Source: an uncultured Alphaproteobacteria bacterium (GTDB lineage: Bacteria > Pseudomonadota > Alphaproteobacteria > GCA-002720895). From it: 55,816 bases of DNA. Of this stretch, positions 50,532 to 55,816 are shown in pieces. The stretch covers positions 1 through 55,816 of the forward strand of contig CACLKH010000005.1 in the NCBI GenBank assembly GCA_902607475.1, given 5' to 3'. Numbering within the stretch: the first letter of the stretch is position 1; each line of letters opens with the position of its first letter. Under the pieces are notes generated by a model. The model was not told the origin of the DNA, made no database searches, and saw nothing but the letters and a program-made list of their open reading frames with translations. The translations under genes were made by a program, and so were the position numbers.

Positions 50532-52146
50532 TATGATTCGCTATATTTATCAAAGCTTGAGAATAATCAAATCCTAATTTCATAATTTTTAAGTTTTTTA
50601 ATGAATTTTTAATATCACCACTAATTGCTTGCGCATATACTATTTGACCAATAAATTTATTATCTATAATTTTACCTCCTTGCTCGAGCATATCTAAAGC
50701 AAGTTTTTTTGCCCCATCTTTATCTTTATGTGATTGAATTATAATAACAGCAGAAATACCTTCTTTATAAAATCTATCACTTTCAATTAAACCTAGGAGT
50801 TTATGTGATTTTTTAAAATTTCCAACTAAAGCATATGTTTTAGCAACTTCCATAAAAACTCTTCCTTTTGTAGAGAATCCTGGCAATCCAAGCGCATATT
50901 TTCCTCCGATTAAATTAGGCGCCATATTTAATGCTTCATTAAGAAAATATTCCATTACCGATGAATCTTTTTTATTTGCAAAAGCTTTTCCAATTAATGA
51001 CATCGCCATTGCTTTTTCATAACCAGGATTCATTAAATTTAACAATTCCTTTGCTTGGTCTAAATTGTTTATTTTTGCAAATGCACTAATTAATTCAATA
51101 AAAATTCTTCCATCTAAGTTTTTAAGAATATATTTCTTAGCGTCCATCAAAGTTTTATTACTTTTTTTATTAAGATGAATTGAGTTTTCGAAAATAGCTA
51201 TATTAATTAATTCTCTTACAATCCAAAACTCCTGATCTCTTAACTTTGCAGTATCTTTTGCTTTATTTAAAAATAATTTACATTGTTCAATATCATTAAT
51301 TTTATATAGAATTTTTGCTATATCTAAATAAGTGGTTGATTTTTCTGCAAGTTTTGAAGATTTTTTTAAATCTACTTTTACTTTATCAATATTTTTAATT
51401 AATAAATTAGTTTTTGCAATTTCTAAAAAAGCCACTGCCTTATTATCATTATTTGTGATTTCATTATTTATTATTAGATATATTTTTTCTTCTACTTTTT
51501 TTTGTTTATCTTTTTTATTTAAAAAATGAAGAAGTTCGTAAACTTTTGATAAATTTTTAATTTTTTTTGGTATGTCTGTATATATTTCATTAATATATTT
51601 TTCAGAATTAATTAAGTTTTCATATGATTTTTCTTTGTCGTTTAGAAGAAATCTCAACTCACTAATTTCATTTGATAATCTGGATTTTGTTCTTGTATCA
51701 CCTATTTGTTCAATTGAATACTCTGCTGCATTTAATAAATTTAAAGAACTTTTATATTTATTACCGTTTCTAAACTCCATTTTGGCTAAATCAATATTTT
51801 TTTTAATTTTATTAACATTTTCATTTTTTTTTTCTTCAAGCTTTTGTTTACTTGATAATATTTTTAGATTATCTATTTCCGAATTTAGATTACTAATTTT
51901 ACTTATTTTTCTATGTAATCTTGCAATCTTAGTTTTTGGATATTTATTTTGAATTTTTTCAACATTTTTTAGTGCATTGGATAAAATATTGATTTTTTCA
52001 TCGGTATTTTTGGCTAATTCTGAGCTTTCGATAAGTTCTTTAGCTTTTTTATCTAATTTATTTGCTTCAAAATTATAAAAATCATCACATCCATTTAATG
52101 AAAATAGTAAAATTATTAAATAATTTAATAGAGATTTTTTCAACAT
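50500..52146 (-). CDS. Helical-repeat (TPR-like) lipoprotein, unknown function
   Basis: Lipobox LNGC; repeated A...IA..Y/A helical pattern. Confidence 0.65.
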   Translation of the reverse strand: MLKKSLLNYLIILLFSLNGCDDFYNFEANKLDKKAKELIESSELAKNTDEKINILSNALKNVEKIQNKYPKTKIARLHRKISKISNLNSEIDNLKILSSKQKLEEKKNENVNKIKKNIDLAKMEFRNGNKYKSSLNLLNAAEYSIEQIGDTRTKSRLSNEISELRFLLNDKEKSYENLINSEKYINEIYTDIPKKIKNLSKVYELLHFLNKKDKQKKVEEKIYLIINNEITNNDNKAVAFLEIAKTNLLIKNIDKVKVDLKKSSKLAEKSTTYLDIAKILYKINDIEQCKLFLNKAKDTAKLRDQEFWIVRELINIAIFENSIHLNKKSNKTLMDAKKYILKNLDGRIFIELISAFAKINNLDQAKELLNLMNPGYEKAMAMSLIGKAFANKKDSSVMEYFLNEALNMAPNLIGGKYALGLPGFSTKGRVFMEVAKTYALVGNFKKSHKLLGLIESDRFYKEGISAVIIIQSHKDKDGAKKLALDMLEQGGKIIDNKFIGQIVYAQAISGDIKNSLKNLKIMKLGFDYSQALINIANHISLQRADHLI

Positions 52147-52173
52147 TTAATTATAATATGGTAGTTAAATATT

Positions 52174-52570
52174 ATGAAAAAAAAAATTTATTTGAATATT
52201 TTTTTGCTTTTTTTTCTCACGATTTCCATTCAACTTAATGCAAAAAATATCCCAAACTTGGTTGGTAAATGGCAAGGTGAAAATATTAAATCGACATTAA
52301 AAAAAGGTTTTGTAAAAAGTAATAATGTTGTAGAAATAACTGAACAAAGAAATAGGCTTTTTAAGGGTTATGTTATCCATAAAGGTGGAAAAGAAGCATT
52401 TGTTGGTGTTATTAAATCAGATCATAAAAAATTTTTTTTGGGCAGATAGCAGTAATGATGATGGCAAAGTTATAGGAACAATTTTAAAAAAAAATAAAAT
52501 TGAAACTTGTTATTTAGATAGTGGAAGAGATGCTGTTGCAGGGTGTTCGATTTTATTAAGAGTCAATTAA
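52174..52570 (+). pseudogene. Secreted beta-rich protein split by +1 T in a T8 tract (131 aa if corrected)
   Basis: ORFs 52174-52449 and 52370-52570 join as ...SDHKKFFWADSSNDDGKV... if one T is removed from 52432-52439. Confidence 0.7.
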
Positions 52571-53526
52571 TTACTTTTTTTTTTAATTTTGTAAGAAATT
52601 TTGTCGATAGCTTTTAGAATATTGATCTTAATATTAGTTTCAGATGCAGAATGACCACTATTTTCAATTATTTTAAGCTCACAATTAGACATATTTTTTT
52701 TTAATAAAAAAGCAGACTTTGGTGGGCATATCAAATCATATCTTCCTTGAATGATAATTGTCGGTATATTTTTTATTATTTTAATATTTGATATAATTTC
52801 ATTCTTTTTTAAAAAAAAATTATTTTTTGTGTAATGCCATTCTAAAAAAGGACTGTTTGGTAACTTTTTTTTTTTAATTTTCTTTATTTTATTTAAATTA
52901 ATTTTTCCAGGATTTAAAACCGACAATGTTCTTTCATAATTTTCCCATATTATAGAAGAAATAGTTTTAATATTTTTTTTTTTACTCTCTAACATTTTTC
53001 CTAACTTTAAGAATATTTTTTTATTTTTTTCTTTTAATTTATTTTCAATTGCATCTATTATTTCAGGGTAAAAATATTTTGAAGAATAATGAAAAGCCCA
53101 GTATGCTTCTTCTTTATTTCCAAGAAAAACACCTCTAAGAATCATAGCTAAAACTTTACTATTATTTCTTATTGCATATATAAGGGCTAAAGTAGAACCC
53201 CAAGATCCTCCAAAAATTATCCATTTTTTTATTTGTAAAATATTTCTAATTTTCTCCATATCATCAATTAAGTCATTTGTTGTATTTTTTTTTAAAGAAC
53301 CTTTAGGTTTACTTTTACCTGAGCCTCTTTGATCAAATAAGATAATTCTATATTTTTTAGGATTAAAATATCTTCTATTTTTTGAATCTATAGATCCACC
53401 TGGACCACCATGAAGGTATATTATAGGTATCCCATTTTTATTACCACATTCTTCAACATATATTGAATGTAATTTATCATCAGTTTTTAAAAAGAAGGAA
53501 TTAAAAGGTTTAATAGGCGGATACAT
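52567..53526 (-). CDS. pip: Proline iminopeptidase
   Basis: LHGGPG, FDQRG.G.S, FGGSWGSTLAL, QGRYD, GHS. Confidence 0.94.
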   Translation of the reverse strand: MYPPIKPFNSFFLKTDDKLHSIYVEECGNKNGIPIIYLHGGPGGSIDSKNRRYFNPKKYRIILFDQRGSGKSKPKGSLKKNTTNDLIDDMEKIRNILQIKKWIIFGGSWGSTLALIYAIRNNSKVLAMILRGVFLGNKEEAYWAFHYSSKYFYPEIIDAIENKLKEKNKKIFLKLGKMLESKKKNIKTISSIIWENYERTLSVLNPGKINLNKIKKIKKKKLPNSPFLEWHYTKNNFFLKKNEIISNIKIIKNIPTIIIQGRYDLICPPKSAFLLKKNMSNCELKIIENSGHSASETNIKINILKAIDKISYKIKKKSN

Positions 53527-53556
53527 CTATGGATTAAAAATAATTTTTTTTTTAGA

Positions 53557-54573
53557 TTAAATTCCTTTTAAAATCTCATTTCTTTTTCTTTTATATTCTT
53601 CTTCAGATAAGATTCCTTTTTTGTATAAATTATCAATTGTTTTTAAACGTTGTTCTGTAACAAGGGGGTCATTATTATTTTTTGGTTTCTTTGATATAAC
53701 TGGTCGTGGCAGTTTTTTTTGTATTTGTTGAGGAGGAGGCGCTGTTCTTCTTGGCTCTTGCCTAGATGGTTTATTTAATTGTTTTTGCAAACTATCTATT
53801 TGTTGTTGTAATGTTTGGTATTGTTTTCGTTGTTGTTCTTTACTTGTTTTATCATAATCTATAATTTCCTTTGCTTGTTTATATGCAGTATTTGTAAAAA
53901 CAAACCAATCTTTTCTTTCATTAGATTTTCTGTGGATACCCTTGTTTTGTTTATACACAATAATCAATCCTTCATATTCAGCCATTTTTCTTCTATGTCC
54001 AATATCATAAGATAGTTTTGTTGTCTCCCAAACATTACCCATATATTGTTCATCTAAAGTTGGTTGAAGATTAACCTGAATAGAGCCCATGATTAAGTTT
54101 AATTGATTATTAGCTACAAATAATCTTCCAGATGATAATCTTTCTTCTTTAAATGACCATCTTGCACTAGTATGATTACCTTTTATAACAAAAGTAATGT
54201 CTTCATTTGGTTTGGCAGTCATTAAAGCTTTAGGCACATATTCTGTTAATAACATTAGTTCTTTTTGTGAAAATAAAGGAATTTCTGGTTCATCACGATC
54301 ATATTTATAGGAAAGTTGTTTAAGCATTTTTCTTAAAACATCTTCAGATATTTTTATTGGGTGGTTATTTAAAGATTTGGTTTTTTTTTCTATTTTTTCT
54401 GTTCTTATAAAATACTTTGCAGCACCAGGCATTATAGGAGCTTCCTGCCAAAAAGTTTTTATTGCATTTCTGTCAGATATTTTTGCAAAATTTATTTGTG
54501 GAAAAAGGAATAATAAAAGAATTATAAATAATATAAAACTTGAGTAATTTTTATTAAATTGTTTAAGCATCAT
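53557..54573 (-). CDS. Exported protein with C-terminal SHOCT domain
   Basis: N-terminal signal, Pro/Gln linker, EQRLKTIDNLYKKGILSEEEYKRKRNEIL. Confidence 0.8.
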   Translation of the reverse strand: MMLKQFNKNYSSFILFIILLLFLFPQINFAKISDRNAIKTFWQEAPIMPGAAKYFIRTEKIEKKTKSLNNHPIKISEDVLRKMLKQLSYKYDRDEPEIPLFSQKELMLLTEYVPKALMTAKPNEDITFVIKGNHTSARWSFKEERLSSGRLFVANNQLNLIMGSIQVNLQPTLDEQYMGNVWETTKLSYDIGHRRKMAEYEGLIIVYKQNKGIHRKSNERKDWFVFTNTAYKQAKEIIDYDKTSKEQQRKQYQTLQQQIDSLQKQLNKPSRQEPRRTAPPPQQIQKKLPRPVISKKPKNNNDPLVTEQRLKTIDNLYKKGILSEEEYKRKRNEILKGI

Positions 54574-54647
54574 TTTTTTTATATTTAAAAAATACCAAAT
54601 ACGAAGGAAACAATTTTAATTATATTATCTAGGAGTCAATTGTACAT

Positions 54648-54682
54648 AAAAAAAGGCGGGCCATTAATTTGACCCACCTTTT
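54648..54682 (-). terminator. Rho-independent terminator of the porin gene
   Basis: Minus strand AAAAGGTGGGTCA-AATTAA-TGGCCCGCC-TTTTTTT. Confidence 0.85.
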
Positions 54683-54721
54683 CAAATTTTTTCCTTTGGA
54701 GGCTTTAAAGTAATATTTCTT

Positions 54722-55816
54722 TTACCAGAGGTAAAACATACCTACTGCAAAGATATCACTTTCACCATCTTCGTCGCCAGTATCCATATTATACCATGAT
54801 TCTTCGGCATGAGAATACTCAGCAACTGCAAGCCATTCAGGAGCTAGGTTATGATATATTCCGAGAGTGTACATTTCTTGTGACTCTTTCGGATCGTAAG
54901 TTGCACCATCATTACCTGCTTTGTCTTGGTAAGAACCACCCCATGATACTCCAACTTTACCAGCACCATAGTTATAAGTTCCTTGTACGTAGTAACCATC
55001 ATGGTCTCTACATTTACCATCACCTGACATAGCACCAACGTCCATTTGAAGAGTAATACCTAAACATTCACCATTGTAATAGTGAGCTGTTAAGGCCATT
55101 GGACCGCCGGCTAGTGTTCCACCAACGTGGATACCTTTTGCCTCTACTTCACTGGCTGTTTCTGCTTCTTGATACATACCAGAAATCGCAAGATTAGAAC
55201 CTTCACTTATTTGAGCTAAACTAATATTAAGTTCACCTTCAAATCTTGGCGCATCTGCTTCATTAGCTGTTAATTCAGATTCTGCACCGTTACCAGTACC
55301 TGCTTTAATTTGTGAAGGATCATATAATCCAACAGATAAAGTAGTACCGTTCATACTTGGTGTAGTATATCTAAAAGAAGCATTAAAGTCCGGATATACA
55401 TATCCAAAACCAATACGTCCTAAAGTTGTACCACCGTTAGATGTATTATCTAGAGTAGCACCGACACCAAACAATGTCATATCTTGCACAATTGCGTTTC
55501 TTTGAAACAAACTAAGAGTTCTTCCAAAAAGAAGTTCACCAAAGTCACCTGATGCTGCAGCATAGATTTCTCTCATATCAAGCTGTGCACCACGAGCTGT
55601 TTTGGTATTTGCATTTTGGATTTGTGGATACAAACCAAAGTATCCTCTTAATTGAACTCCATTTGAAGCCGGACCTTGCACACCAAAACCAAATTTTGCT
55701 GGTAAAAGTCCAGTTTGTATACGTGAGTTTTCACCAGTAGAAGTTCTTGCTGTCTGACCACTAGCCAGATTAGCAGCTTTACCAGTTGAATAAACATAAA
55801 ATGCATTAACGTTACC
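54722..55816 (-). CDS. Gram-negative porin, 5' end beyond the window
   Basis: Frame open to the window edge (GNVNAFYVY...SRIQTGLLPAKFGF...); GGTTLGRIGFGYVYP; C-terminal VGMFYLW beta-signal. Confidence 0.88.
   Translation of the reverse strand, partial: GNVNAFYVYSTGKAANLASGQTARTSTGENSRIQTGLLPAKFGFGVQGPASNGVQLRGYFGLYPQIQNANTKTARGAQLDMREIYAAASGDFGELLFGRTLSLFQRNAIVQDMTLFGVGATLDNTSNGGTTLGRIGFGYVYPDFNASFRYTTPSMNGTTLSVGLYDPSQIKAGTGNGAESELTANEADAPRFEGELNISLAQISEGSNLAISGMYQEAETASEVEAKGIHVGGTLAGGPMALTAHYYNGECLGITLQMDVGAMSGDGKCRDHDGYYVQGTYNYGAGKVGVSWGGSYQDKAGNDGATYDPKESQEMYTLGIYHNLAPEWLAVAEYSHAEESWYNMDTGDEDGESDIFAVGMFYLW

Overview
AT-rich, densely packed chromosomal segment of a streamlined alphaproteobacterium, probably marine (inferred from gene order and content). 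About 50 kb is core genome: pyk, purE, rpmE, efp, thiE, fba-gap-tkt, zapA-ymdB-yebC, tolQRAB-pal-cpoB-tilS-ftsH-folP-glmM, TPP riboswitch-thiC, hisZ-purA, two rpoH paralogs, a GldAFG-like ABC module and a porin. Two ribosomal protein genes missed by the ORF track are present: rpmJ, and rpsU, which has no canonical start codon. Two observations stand out. (1) At the locus normally holding ruvC-ruvA-ruvB(-ybgC), between yebC and tolQ, there is a single 102-aa protein with the catalytic motifs of archaeal/phage Hjc-type Holliday-junction resolvases, suggesting in-situ non-orthologous replacement of RuvABC. (2) An integrase-free island at tRNA-Val(GAC) is built from stacked small modules separated by progressively decayed tRNA 3'-end copies. 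It includes a ~560-bp element carrying only cspA and a beta-barrel gene bracketed by its own 17-bp direct repeats. The 6S RNA/ygfA pair, pgk and purK are also absent from their usual positions. All calls are by eye; no database searches were run.
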